Source: Candidatus Latescibacterota bacterium
GTDB taxonomy: Bacteria > Latescibacterota > CBDEFO01
Direction: 5' to 3'
DNA length: 64,000 bases
NCBI GenBank assembly: GCA_965237525.1
Contig: CBDEFO010000008.1
Location: 608,001-672,000 of the forward strand
A model generated the notes under the pieces. It was not told where the DNA came from. It did no database searches and saw nothing but the letters and a program-made list of their open reading frames with translations. The position numbers were made by a program, and so were the translations under genes. Positions 1 to 8,592 of this stretch are shown piece by piece. How positions within the stretch are numbered: position 1 is the first letter of the stretch; each line of letters opens with the position of its first letter.

Positions 1-112
1 ACTCCGACCGGATACATTTTGTGTTGAGGTGAAGAGTGATATGTCGAAGTTAGACAGCTTTGGTGACAAAAAGATAACAAGACGAATTCAGAAATTTACG
101 ATCGGGAGCTAA
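1..112 (+). CDS. 3' end of a gene running in from outside the window, possibly a PD-(D/E)xK nuclease
   Basis: Frame 2 reads LRPDTFCVEVKSDMSKL...GS* and ends TAA at 110-112, 3 nt before the next ATG. PD...VEVK resembles a nuclease motif, but only 36 codons are visible. Confidence 0.3.
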   Translation, partial: LRPDTFCVEVKSDMSKLDSFGDKKITRRIQKFTIGS

Positions 113-115
113 CCG

Positions 116-1804
116 ATGACAAAATTAAATGAAATGAACATTTTTTTGGAAGGTATTGGTCATGCTCTTGCCGACAACATGTTGTCCGTCCCAATATATC
201 AACGCTCATACGCTTGGGAGGACCGCCATGTCAAAGATCTCTATCAGGATATTGCTAACGCCATCAATGAAGGCGAAAAGGAGTACTTTCTCGGATCTAT
301 TGTCATTACAGAAAACACTTCAGACCGCCCAGAAGTAGTTGACGGTCAACAGCGGCTTGCGACAACTACAATCCTTATAGCGGCTATCAGAGACTGGTTC
401 TATGAAAACGAAGATACTGATCGGGTCGAGGATATTGAACGGGAATTCCTGATAACCAGAGACCTCCGAACGCAGGAAAAGGTTTCCAAACTTCGACTTA
501 ATGAAATCGACCAGGACTTTTTCTCGAAGACTATCTTGTCAAAGCCCGATAGTCCCGAACGATCGGTAGCTTCTTCAAAAGAGTCTCACAAGAAGATTAC
601 AAAAGCGAGCGAGATTGCTGCAGATCACCTTAGAAATATTGTTGAGCTTTCAAATAAGCCAGCTGACCGTTTGATTGATTGGATAGATTATCTGAAAACG
701 GGAGTTCGGGTAATTTGGGTCAAGGTACCCGATGATGCCAACGCGTTCACTATATTTGAAACCCTCAATGATCGAGGACTTGATCTAGCTATCTCGGACC
801 TTCTTAAGAATTACCTCTTCCATCTTTCTGGTGATCGTATTAGCGAGGCACAGCAAAGATGGGTGTCAATGTTTGCTGCGCTTGAGGCAGTAGACAATGA
901 AGAGATTGTTGTTGACTACATAAGACACCTTTGGTCGTTAAAGTACGGCTCAACACGGCAAAGAGACCTTTACGACGGAATAAAAAAGCGTATTACAAGC
1001 AAACAGTCTGCCATTGACTTTGCGAATGAGTTGGCAGAAAACGCCAAACTGTATGCCGCCATACTGAATCCTGACCACGAGATTTGGTCTTCATATGGTT
1101 CAACGTCACGCTCTCATATTGTGACGATCAACCTGTTGCGGATGGTGCAAATTAGACCATTGCTGCTTGCCATTCTTGCAGAATATGATCGGGAGGAAGT
1201 AAAGAAAACATTGTCGGTGATGGTTTCCTGGGCAGTACGCTTTCTAATATATGGTGGCCTGGGAGGGGGTACTCTGGAAAAATACTACTCAGATGGAGCA
1301 AAAGACATTAGCTCGGGGAGTGTAAAAACGGCACAAGACTTGCTCACTGCAATGACTCCCGTGGTTCCGACAGATGGTCAGTTTGAATCTGCCTTCACGA
1401 CCGCTACGGTATCAAAAAACTATCTTGCCCGCTATTACCTTCGTGCACTGGAGAAAGAATCCTGTAACGAACCTGATCCTGAATTGGTACCGAATCCGAA
1501 TGAGGAAATCGTAAACTTGGAACACGTCTTACCGGAACATCCTTCTGAGAAATGGGCTCATATCGATGATGAAATCGTAAAGATATACTACAAGCGAATC
1601 GGGAATCTCGCGTTGACAAAAATGCGCATAAACTCGGATGTTGGAAATGACGGTTTCCATGAAAAACGTTCCTTCTACGCGAACTCTGATTTCCAGCTAA
1701 CATCGTCAATAGCGGACTTTGATAATTGGGGTCCAGAGGAGATTGAGAAACGTCAAAAGGAACTCGCCAAATTAGCGGTGCGTGCTTGGCCCAGCAAGAT
1801 CTGA
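116..1804 (+). CDS. DUF262 + DUF1524 (HNH) protein, GmrSD-like modification-dependent restriction endonuclease
   Basis: Motifs YQRSYAW, VVDGQQRL, IFETLNDRG (DUF262) and NLEHVLPE...RIGNLAL (DUF1524/HNH). Confidence 0.88.
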   Translation: MTKLNEMNIFLEGIGHALADNMLSVPIYQRSYAWEDRHVKDLYQDIANAINEGEKEYFLGSIVITENTSDRPEVVDGQQRLATTTILIAAIRDWFYENEDTDRVEDIEREFLITRDLRTQEKVSKLRLNEIDQDFFSKTILSKPDSPERSVASSKESHKKITKASEIAADHLRNIVELSNKPADRLIDWIDYLKTGVRVIWVKVPDDANAFTIFETLNDRGLDLAISDLLKNYLFHLSGDRISEAQQRWVSMFAALEAVDNEEIVVDYIRHLWSLKYGSTRQRDLYDGIKKRITSKQSAIDFANELAENAKLYAAILNPDHEIWSSYGSTSRSHIVTINLLRMVQIRPLLLAILAEYDREEVKKTLSVMVSWAVRFLIYGGLGGGTLEKYYSDGAKDISSGSVKTAQDLLTAMTPVVPTDGQFESAFTTATVSKNYLARYYLRALEKESCNEPDPELVPNPNEEIVNLEHVLPEHPSEKWAHIDDEIVKIYYKRIGNLALTKMRINSDVGNDGFHEKRSFYANSDFQLTSSIADFDNWGPEEIEKRQKELAKLAVRAWPSKI

Positions 1805-1952
1805 GGGAAGAAGAAACTCAGTGATCAGCCATTCAAGGCAGCGACGTTTAGAATGGCATGAAAGACACGACAACCTTTGTTCCAGCAGCATAGACCGACT
1901 TCGTTATCTTTGTTCGGACAGCTGAAATTTATAATTTACTGAAGGCGAAAAG

Positions 1953-2600
1953 ATGATCAGACTAGAAGGCGTCTCAAAGTACATAGGGGAATCGGCTATA
2001 TTAGAGGATATAAGCCTCAACGTAGAAAAAGGCCAGATAGTCTTTTTATTCGGTCCCGTCGGAGCGGGCAAGAGCACGATAATAAGATTGGTTCACTTCG
2101 ACGAGCGTCCCACATCGGGCAGAGTCATAGTCGGAGACTACGATTCAGCGACTCTAAAAAAGAGGCACATACCTTTGGTCAGGCGGAAAGTGGGAGTGAT
2201 CTTTCAGGATTTCAAGCTCTTAAAGGACAGGAATGTATTTGAGAACGTGGTTTTCGCCCTGAGAGTGACAGGAACAAAGGCAAAGGAGGCTAAAAGGAGG
2301 GCCATTCAGTCGCTGGCTATGGTGGACCTGGGACACAAAAGGAATTCTCTGCCTGGCCACCTGTCCGGAGGAGAACTGCAAAAAGTCGCAATAGCAAGGG
2401 CTCTGGCTCTGGAACCGTTCGCGCTTTTGGCAGACGAACCTACAGGAAATCTGGATGCCGATGCAAAGCGCGATATAATGGACATACTGCGCAAGATCAA
2501 TCATAAGGGGACAGCTGTCCTTCTCGCCACGCACGATGAAGGACTTCTGGACCAATCCAACGGCAAAGTCGTAAGGATCAAGGGGGGCAGGCTCTGCTAA
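1953..2600 (+). CDS. ftsE: Cell division ATP-binding protein FtsE
   Basis: GAGKST Walker [24 protein letters not shown]; followed by ftsX. Confidence 0.92.
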   Translation: MIRLEGVSKYIGESAILEDISLNVEKGQIVFLFGPVGAGKSTIIRLVHFDERPTSGRVIVGDYDSATLKKRHIPLVRRKVGVIFQDFKLLKDRNVFENVVFALRVTGTKAKEAKRRAIQSLAMVDLGHKRNSLPGHLSGGELQKVAIARALALEPFALLADEPTGNLDADAKRDIMDILRKINHKGTAVLLATHDEGLLDQSNGKVVRIKGGRLC

Positions 2601-2656
2601 GCCTGTTCTTTGCAAGATTCTTCGACGAGAAAATTATCTTCTCCCCCACTTCAAGA

Positions 2657-3526
2657 ATGAGTCTGGGTTACGTATGTAAGGAGGCACTTTCAGATCTTCA
2701 GCGGTCCTGGATGATGAGCCTGGTCTCTTCTGGGATAATGGCTATTTCTCTTTTGGTCCTGGGCATCTTTGGACTCGTCTCTATCAGCGCGTACAATTTG
2801 GTAGAAGATATAAAAAAGCGGGTGGAGATAGAGGCTTACCTGAGCGATGAAGTGGACATCAAAGGAGCTATACAGATAAAGGCCGACGTGGAGAAGCTAA
2901 ACGGCGTGGAGCAAGCCAGATATATAGATAAGCAAAGGGCTTCCGAGGAGTTCCGAGCCGAGTTCGGAGATGACCTACTCGATGCGGTCGGAGTCAATCC
3001 TCTGCCCGCCTCCATAAGGATAACGCTCGTAGATCAATTCAGGACATTGGATTATGCCACCAGCGTAGTCTTTCAACTAGAGAAGATAGAGGGAGTAGAG
3101 GATGTACACTACGGAGTGGACTGGATCGGAAAGTTAGATCGCATCGTGACTATCCTTTTTATAGCAGGTTCAACGATAGGATTGGTCATCTTCGTTGCAT
3201 GCGTCTTCGTGACGTCCAACACAGCAAAACTGGCCGTGTTGTCCCGGCGCGAGTCCATTGGGGTTATGAAGCTTGTTGGAGCCACCGATAGGTTTATAAG
3301 AGGACACTTCCTTGTAGGAGGGATAATCCAGGGATTGGTCGGTGGCATAGTAGCAGGTACTTTGCTCTTTCTAATATACCGGTGGACTTCTTCAAATTTT
3401 CCTGAACTCCCATTGAGGTCTTATCCGTCTCTTCTGGTATCTCTTTCTACGGTCGTTCTCGGAGCGATCTTAGGCGGAATTGGAAGTCAGACCTCCCTGA
3501 GGAGGGTCTTAAACGTCCTCTCTTAG
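2657..3526 (+). CDS. ftsX: Cell division permease FtsX
   Basis: NPLPAS motif, MKLVGAT, four TM segments, downstream of ftsE. Confidence 0.92.
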   Translation: MSLGYVCKEALSDLQRSWMMSLVSSGIMAISLLVLGIFGLVSISAYNLVEDIKKRVEIEAYLSDEVDIKGAIQIKADVEKLNGVEQARYIDKQRASEEFRAEFGDDLLDAVGVNPLPASIRITLVDQFRTLDYATSVVFQLEKIEGVEDVHYGVDWIGKLDRIVTILFIAGSTIGLVIFVACVFVTSNTAKLAVLSRRESIGVMKLVGATDRFIRGHFLVGGIIQGLVGGIVAGTLLFLIYRWTSSNFPELPLRSYPSLLVSLSTVVLGAILGGIGSQTSLRRVLNVLS

Positions 3527-3575
3527 AGTAGAGGTGCGTCGAGTAGGGACATCGCATGCGGCAGAAGGGCTTGGC

Positions 3576-4877
3576 ATGATGAAGCTGTCGAAGAAAATTG
3601 ACATCGAGTGGTCGTACAGCCAGAAAAGAGATAGAACTCTCACGGGTGTGGCTGCCCTGTCTCCCCCGACTAATTCTATCGGGGGCAATTGTCTACTGTC
3701 TACCCTTTTGAGCCTTTGTCTGATCCTTCTCTCTGCTCCTTATGTAAGATCTGCCCCGCGCACAGATGAACTCAAAAGAAAGGTGGAAGAGAGAAAGACT
3801 GAGCAGGAAGATCTCCGGAGGGAAGTGGAGGAGAACAGAAGACAGGTGGCAAGCCTCAAAGGAGTGGAAGGTCAGGTAGGGGATCGGATAGATGCTCTCG
3901 AAAAAGAGATAGACTCCCTCGAAAGATACATAGCTCTCTTAAAGAGGCAGGAGCGGGAACTTGAGTCGGAGATAAAAAGTACAGAGTCTTTGTTGAAAAA
4001 GACAATAGAGAGACTCTCCCAACACCAAAAGGCGATGTCGAACAGGCTACGGGAGATTTACAAAAAGGGAAAACTGGACGGACTGGAAATCATTCTATCG
4101 TCAAGTTCTTTTTCCGATCTTTTGAGGAGGTCTAAGTATCTTTCTTTAGTAGCGTCCCAGGACAGGGATAATTACGAAAAGATAAAACTCCACAAGGCCA
4201 GTATAAAGGAGGCCAAAAGCAGACTGGAGGCCGACTACAAAAAGAAGGTGAAAATAGAAGGTGAAAAGATAAGGGAGAACAAAAGACTCAAGGTGAGCAG
4301 AGAAGAACACACAAGGCTCCTTGTCTCTGTTCAGAAGGATATGAAACTTAAGCAACAGTTAATAGATGAGAACACTCGCTCCGTAGCCCTCCTGGACGAG
4401 GAGATAAACCAGTTGTATGAGGTGATTCAAAGAGAAGCGCAAAGTAGAAAAGGCCGGGCCGGGTTTGAGGATTTTGCCAAGATGCAAGGAAAGTTGCTGT
4501 GGCCTGTTGCAGGCAAGATTGTGAGTAGCTTCGGAAAGCACAGGGATGAGAATCTAAAGACCGTTACTTTCAACAGGGGCATTGACATTAAGGTGGCAGA
4601 GGGGACGGAAGTGATAGCAGTTGCGGCGGGCGAGGTCGTCATGACAGATTGGATGAGGGGCTACGGAAAGTTTGTCATAGTCCATCACGGGGACGGATAT
4701 CTTACAGTCTATGCCCACCTTTCGGAAGTGTTTGTGAACAAAGGGGATATGGTAGATACAGGAGACATACTGGCTTATTCAGGACGGACGGGGTCTTTAG
4801 ACGGTCCAAAGCTCCACTTTGAACTGCTCGAAGGCAAAGAACCTCAAAATCCCACGAGTTGGCTGAGCAGTAACTGA
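3576..4877 (+). CDS. envC: Murein hydrolase activator EnvC family (coiled coil + M23 domain); start uncertain
   Basis: Long coiled coil, WPVAG, NRGIDI, YAHL, LHFE; ftsEX context. Confidence 0.85.
   Translation: MMKLSKKIDIEWSYSQKRDRTLTGVAALSPPTNSIGGNCLLSTLLSLCLILLSAPYVRSAPRTDELKRKVEERKTEQEDLRREVEENRRQVASLKGVEGQVGDRIDALEKEIDSLERYIALLKRQERELESEIKSTESLLKKTIERLSQHQKAMSNRLREIYKKGKLDGLEIILSSSSFSDLLRRSKYLSLVASQDRDNYEKIKLHKASIKEAKSRLEADYKKKVKIEGEKIRENKRLKVSREEHTRLLVSVQKDMKLKQQLIDENTRSVALLDEEINQLYEVIQREAQSRKGRAGFEDFAKMQGKLLWPVAGKIVSSFGKHRDENLKTVTFNRGIDIKVAEGTEVIAVAAGEVVMTDWMRGYGKFVIVHHGDGYLTVYAHLSEVFVNKGDMVDTGDILAYSGRTGSLDGPKLHFELLEGKEPQNPTSWLSSN
3663..3685. repeat. Palindromic repeat family A copy, within the envC N-terminal region
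   Basis: cccccgactaattctatcggggg, a variant of CCCCGATAGAnTCAATCGGGG. Confidence 0.7.
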
Positions 4878-4889
4878 AGGCAAAACAGG

Positions 4890-5456
4890 ATGTCCCACAA
4901 CAAATCCCTGATAAGAAAGACGATATTAAAAATGAGAGATTCCCTTGCAAAAGAGGATGTTGAGCACAAGACCAAGGCTATAAGAGAAAGGTTATACAAG
5001 ACCCTGGAGTACAAAATGGCCGCGACGGTTCACTGCTACGTCTCGATCAGGAACGAGGTCGATACGCGCGTATTAATCCGCGATATGATCAGATCAAAAA
5101 TAAGTGTGATAGTGCCGGTGACAGATGTGAATACAAAAGTCTTGCGACATTCCCGGATAACAGATATAGATACTCTGCGCCCAGGCACAATGGGGATACC
5201 CCAGCCGGAAAGGGTAGATATGAAGGAGTTGGATTTAGACAAGGTGGACCTTGTGATACTTCCTGGCGTGGCTTTCGACCGTTTCGGGAACAGGATAGGT
5301 TTTGGAGGTGGATTTTACGATCCCTTCCTTTCAGAAATCGACGCCGTGAAGGTCGGGTTGGCTTACGAATTTCAGATAGTAGACAAAATAGAGGCCGATC
5401 CTCACGACGAAACGGTGGATAGGATTATCACACAGGATAGGATATATGAAAAGTAG
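4890..5456 (+). CDS. fthC: 5-formyltetrahydrofolate cyclo-ligase
   Basis: NEVDT, LPGVAFDRFGNRIGFGGGFYD, DPHD motifs. Confidence 0.93.
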   Translation: MSHNKSLIRKTILKMRDSLAKEDVEHKTKAIRERLYKTLEYKMAATVHCYVSIRNEVDTRVLIRDMIRSKISVIVPVTDVNTKVLRHSRITDIDTLRPGTMGIPQPERVDMKELDLDKVDLVILPGVAFDRFGNRIGFGGGFYDPFLSEIDAVKVGLAYEFQIVDKIEADPHDETVDRIITQDRIYEK

Positions 5457-5604
5457 TTCCCCATCGGTGCAGCAAATCCCGATATTCCAGTGGAATTGGA
5501 CCTAATCTGGACCTCCAAAAAGTCGGATACCGATTCCGTGGTGCACAGGCGACGTTTGCCGTCGCATGATCCTCCGGAAACTATCGAAGAACTTTTCGGG
5601 GAGC
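5456..5604 (+). ncRNA. Candidate structured RNA, possibly 6S-like
   Basis: Ends pair (gttcccc/ggggagc; cgata-ttccagtgga with tcctccggaa-ac-tatcg), internal hairpin gcgacg-tttgc-cgtcgc; adjacent to the cyclo-ligase gene. Confidence 0.3.
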
Positions 5605-5636
5605 AAAGAACTTTTTTGAGAAAAAATGGAGATAAT

Positions 5637-6386
5637 TTGGACTCTGACGCCCAAATCCAAAAGGAGCTCGTAGAGGGAGGCAATCTGCCCAGGCACATTG
5701 CCGTTATAATGGACGGGAACGGGAGGTGGGCAAAGAAAAGAGGCCTGTCGCGTAATGATGGCCATAGAGCAGGAGTGAAATCCGTACGGGACATAGTGCG
5801 CACCTGTGGAGAGCTGCACATAGAGGTCCTAACTCTGTACGCCTTCTCGTCTGAGAACTGGATTCGTCCTAAAGAAGAAGTACTGTTCCTTATGAGGCTG
5901 ATAAAGGATACCGTGTCGGGAGAGTTCCTGGAACTTCACAAAAATAACGTGAAACTGGTAAGTATAGGCAGAATGAATCATCTCCCCAGAGCCAGCCGCC
6001 TTGCCCTTTTAAGGGTTATAAAAAACACCTCGAAAAACTCGGGACTAATGTTGAACTTAGCAGTGGACTACGGAGGCAGGAGCGAGATTGTTGAAGCGGT
6101 AAGAGAGATCGCCAGTAGAGTGGAAAAAGGGAAGCTTAAAAGTTCACAGATAGATGAACAGCTCTTTTCACAATTTCTCTATACTGCCGAACTCCCTGAG
6201 CCAGATCTGCTCATAAGGACAAGCGGAGAGATGAGGCTGAGCAACTTCCTCCTATGGCAGATGGCTTACACTGAAATATGGGTCACCCCGGTATATTGGC
6301 CAGATTTCACGAAGGAACACCTCTATGAGGCAATGAGGAATTATCAATCCAGAGAAAGACGGTTCGGTGGACTGGAGTCGACGTAG
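5637..6386 (+). CDS. uppS: Undecaprenyl/isoprenyl diphosphate synthase; probable TTG start after GGAGA
   Basis: PRHIAVIMDGNGRWA, AFSSENW, PDLLIRTSGEMRLSNFLLWQ. Confidence 0.95.
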   Translation: MDSDAQIQKELVEGGNLPRHIAVIMDGNGRWAKKRGLSRNDGHRAGVKSVRDIVRTCGELHIEVLTLYAFSSENWIRPKEEVLFLMRLIKDTVSGEFLELHKNNVKLVSIGRMNHLPRASRLALLRVIKNTSKNSGLMLNLAVDYGGRSEIVEAVREIASRVEKGKLKSSQIDEQLFSQFLYTAELPEPDLLIRTSGEMRLSNFLLWQMAYTEIWVTPVYWPDFTKEHLYEAMRNYQSRERRFGGLEST

Positions 6387-6434
6387 TATCGTCCCTCACC
6401 TTGATTGGGGCTGCTTTGCTGGAGCGGCAGCAAG

Positions 6435-6456
6435 CCCCCGATAGATTCAATGGGGG
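6435..6456. repeat. Palindromic repeat family A copy
   Basis: cccccgatagattcaatggggg upstream of the probable cdsA start. Confidence 0.7.
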
Positions 6457-6508
6457 ACAAGCCAGGAATCGGGCGAAGAACTTTTTGGGTAAAAAGCAGA
6501 AAGACGTG

Positions 6509-7336
6509 ATGCTGGAATCTATCAAAGAACTTTTGACAAGGGCCCTCTATGGAGCGGTTCTGACAGGAGTTTTAATAGCGGTCTCGATTAAGGGCGGTAT
6601 CTTATTTCTGATCTTTATAGACGTTATAATCGCTCTGGGAATATGGGAGTTCTTCCGACTCCAGATGAAGAAAGGACACCTTCCGAATCGAACTTTGGGT
6701 ACAGTGTTGGCACTATCAATAAGTTGGGCATCTTTTTTCCTTGCGGAGCATTACCTTATCCTGATCCTGACAGCTTCGGTTCTGCTCCCATTAGGAGCAG
6801 AATTGTGGAGAAAAGATAAGGGATCAGCTTTGGCAAATGCCGGCGCGACAATGATGGGCATATTCTACGTGGGATATCTGGGGAGCTTTTCGATCCTCCT
6901 TCGGGAGGTAGGAAACGGGGCGTTGGACTATTCGGCGGCGGGATATTTAGTCCTGTTAGTCTTTGTGGGAATATGGACTTCAGATACGCTTGCTTATCTT
7001 GCAGGTGTCGCTCTGGGAAGGCACAAGCTCTTTCCAGAAGTGAGTCCCCAAAAGACGGTGGAAGGCTCCGTAGCCGGACTACTGGGAGCTCTCTTAATAG
7101 GCTGGATAGGGAGTCAGAAACTGGGATTTCTGTCTCTTCACCAGGGTCTGACAATTGGAATTATAATTGGAGTCGTCGGACAGGTAGGCGATCTTGTCGA
7201 GTCTTTGATGAAAAGAGACGCGCAAGTTAAAGACTCCTCAACGCTCATACCAGGACACGGCGGAATATTAGACAGATTCGACAGCTACTTCTTTGTCTTT
7301 CCTTCGGTCTATTTATACATCAGGTATGTTAGATGA
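6509..7336 (+). CDS. cdsA: Phosphatidate cytidylyltransferase
   Basis: SPQKTVEG, GDLVESLMKRDAQVKDS, IPGHGGILDRFDS. Confidence 0.95.
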   Translation: MLESIKELLTRALYGAVLTGVLIAVSIKGGILFLIFIDVIIALGIWEFFRLQMKKGHLPNRTLGTVLALSISWASFFLAEHYLILILTASVLLPLGAELWRKDKGSALANAGATMMGIFYVGYLGSFSILLREVGNGALDYSAAGYLVLLVFVGIWTSDTLAYLAGVALGRHKLFPEVSPQKTVEGSVAGLLGALLIGWIGSQKLGFLSLHQGLTIGIIIGVVGQVGDLVESLMKRDAQVKDSSTLIPGHGGILDRFDSYFFVFPSVYLYIRYVR

Positions 7337-8487
7337 AAAGAGTTGTTCTATTAGGATCGACCGGTTCTATCGGAACGAGTAGTCTCTCTATAATAGATAG
7401 CCTGTCGGACAAATTTCAAGTGGTAGGTCTCGGCGCAGGAAAGAACATAAAGCTCCTTTGTGACCAGGCTCGCAAATATCGCCCTGCAATAGTCGGGGTG
7501 GAGACCGAAGAACTGGCTGATGATCTCAGCCGTGATCTGTCCCCTCTGAATATAGGAGTGGTCTTCGGGATGGCAGGGTTGATAGAGCTCGCAGAGCATA
7601 AAGCCGACCTTGTGATCAACGGCCTGGCGGGGAGCATTGGGCTGATCCCTACTATACGCGCCATAGAGAGCGGAAAAGACGTAGCGATGGCTAATAAGGA
7701 ATCCCTCGTAATGATGGGGGACATACTTATGGAAGAGGCTAAAGAGCACGGGGTCAACATACTTCCGGTGGACAGCGAACCCGCCGGGATTTGGCAGTGT
7801 CTGGAGAATCATCCCGCTGAGCAGGTTCACAAGATAATTCTGACCGCTTCGGGAGGGCCATTCGTAGACCTTCCCAAGGAAGAATTTGAAAAAATCACTC
7901 CACAGCGGGCTCTATGTCATCCTACCTGGAAGATGGGCAGTAAGATAACCATAGATTCAGCTACTTTGATGAACAAGGGCCTTGAGGTCATAGAAGCGTG
8001 CTGTTTGTTCGGAATGTCACCGTCATCTGTTGAGGTGTTGGTCCACCGTCAATCGGTTGTGCACTCATTAGTGGAGTTTGTGGACGGCTCCCTTATAGCT
8101 CAATTAAGCCAGGCGGATATGCGCCTCCCGATACAGTACGCCTTGACGTATCCAGACAGGCTCCCCGCTAAAGTCCCGTCTTTGGATCTTGCCAGTCTTG
8201 GAAAGTTGACGTTTGAAAAACCGGATCTGCGGAAATTCCTGTGTCTGGAGCTCTGCTATGAAGCGGCAAGGATAGGAGGAACAGCCCCTGCCGCCTTAAA
8301 CGCAGCCAACGAGGTCGCAGTGGACGCTTTCTTGGGCAACAGAATAGGGTTTACGGACATCCCAAAGATAAACAGGATCATTTTAGAGTCTCACTCTCCG
8401 AAAGAGTCGCCTCTCTTGGAGGACGTGCTTGAAAGCGACAATCGGGCAAGGAACCTGACTCGACAAATGATGGAAAATTTATCATAA
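7333..8487 (+). CDS. dxr: 1-deoxy-D-xylulose-5-phosphate reductoisomerase
   Basis: LGSTGSIG, ANKESLV, LTASGGPF, HPTWKMGSKITIDSATLMNKGLE. Confidence 0.96.
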   Translation: MKRVVLLGSTGSIGTSSLSIIDSLSDKFQVVGLGAGKNIKLLCDQARKYRPAIVGVETEELADDLSRDLSPLNIGVVFGMAGLIELAEHKADLVINGLAGSIGLIPTIRAIESGKDVAMANKESLVMMGDILMEEAKEHGVNILPVDSEPAGIWQCLENHPAEQVHKIILTASGGPFVDLPKEEFEKITPQRALCHPTWKMGSKITIDSATLMNKGLEVIEACCLFGMSPSSVEVLVHRQSVVHSLVEFVDGSLIAQLSQADMRLPIQYALTYPDRLPAKVPSLDLASLGKLTFEKPDLRKFLCLELCYEAARIGGTAPAALNAANEVAVDAFLGNRIGFTDIPKINRIILESHSPKESPLLEDVLESDNRARNLTRQMMENLS

Positions 8488-8592
8488 ATCGGGAACCCAA
8501 ATCTATGCAGGAGTGTCTATGATAATGTCTGAGAAGATTTGTATACAGATGCACGTTCTGGCCATGCATGATTTTCCCATTCATAATTTGAA

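Noticed and set aside
5490..5636. Long N-terminal extensions in the ORF track for uppS (also cdsA, aspC, leuB, tag)
   Set aside because: Artefacts of choosing the farthest start; downstream starts match family N-termini and RBS positions better
7768..7803. Dxr motif DSEP instead of DSEH
   Set aside because: Metal-binding D and E and all other motifs are intact; probably a lineage variant
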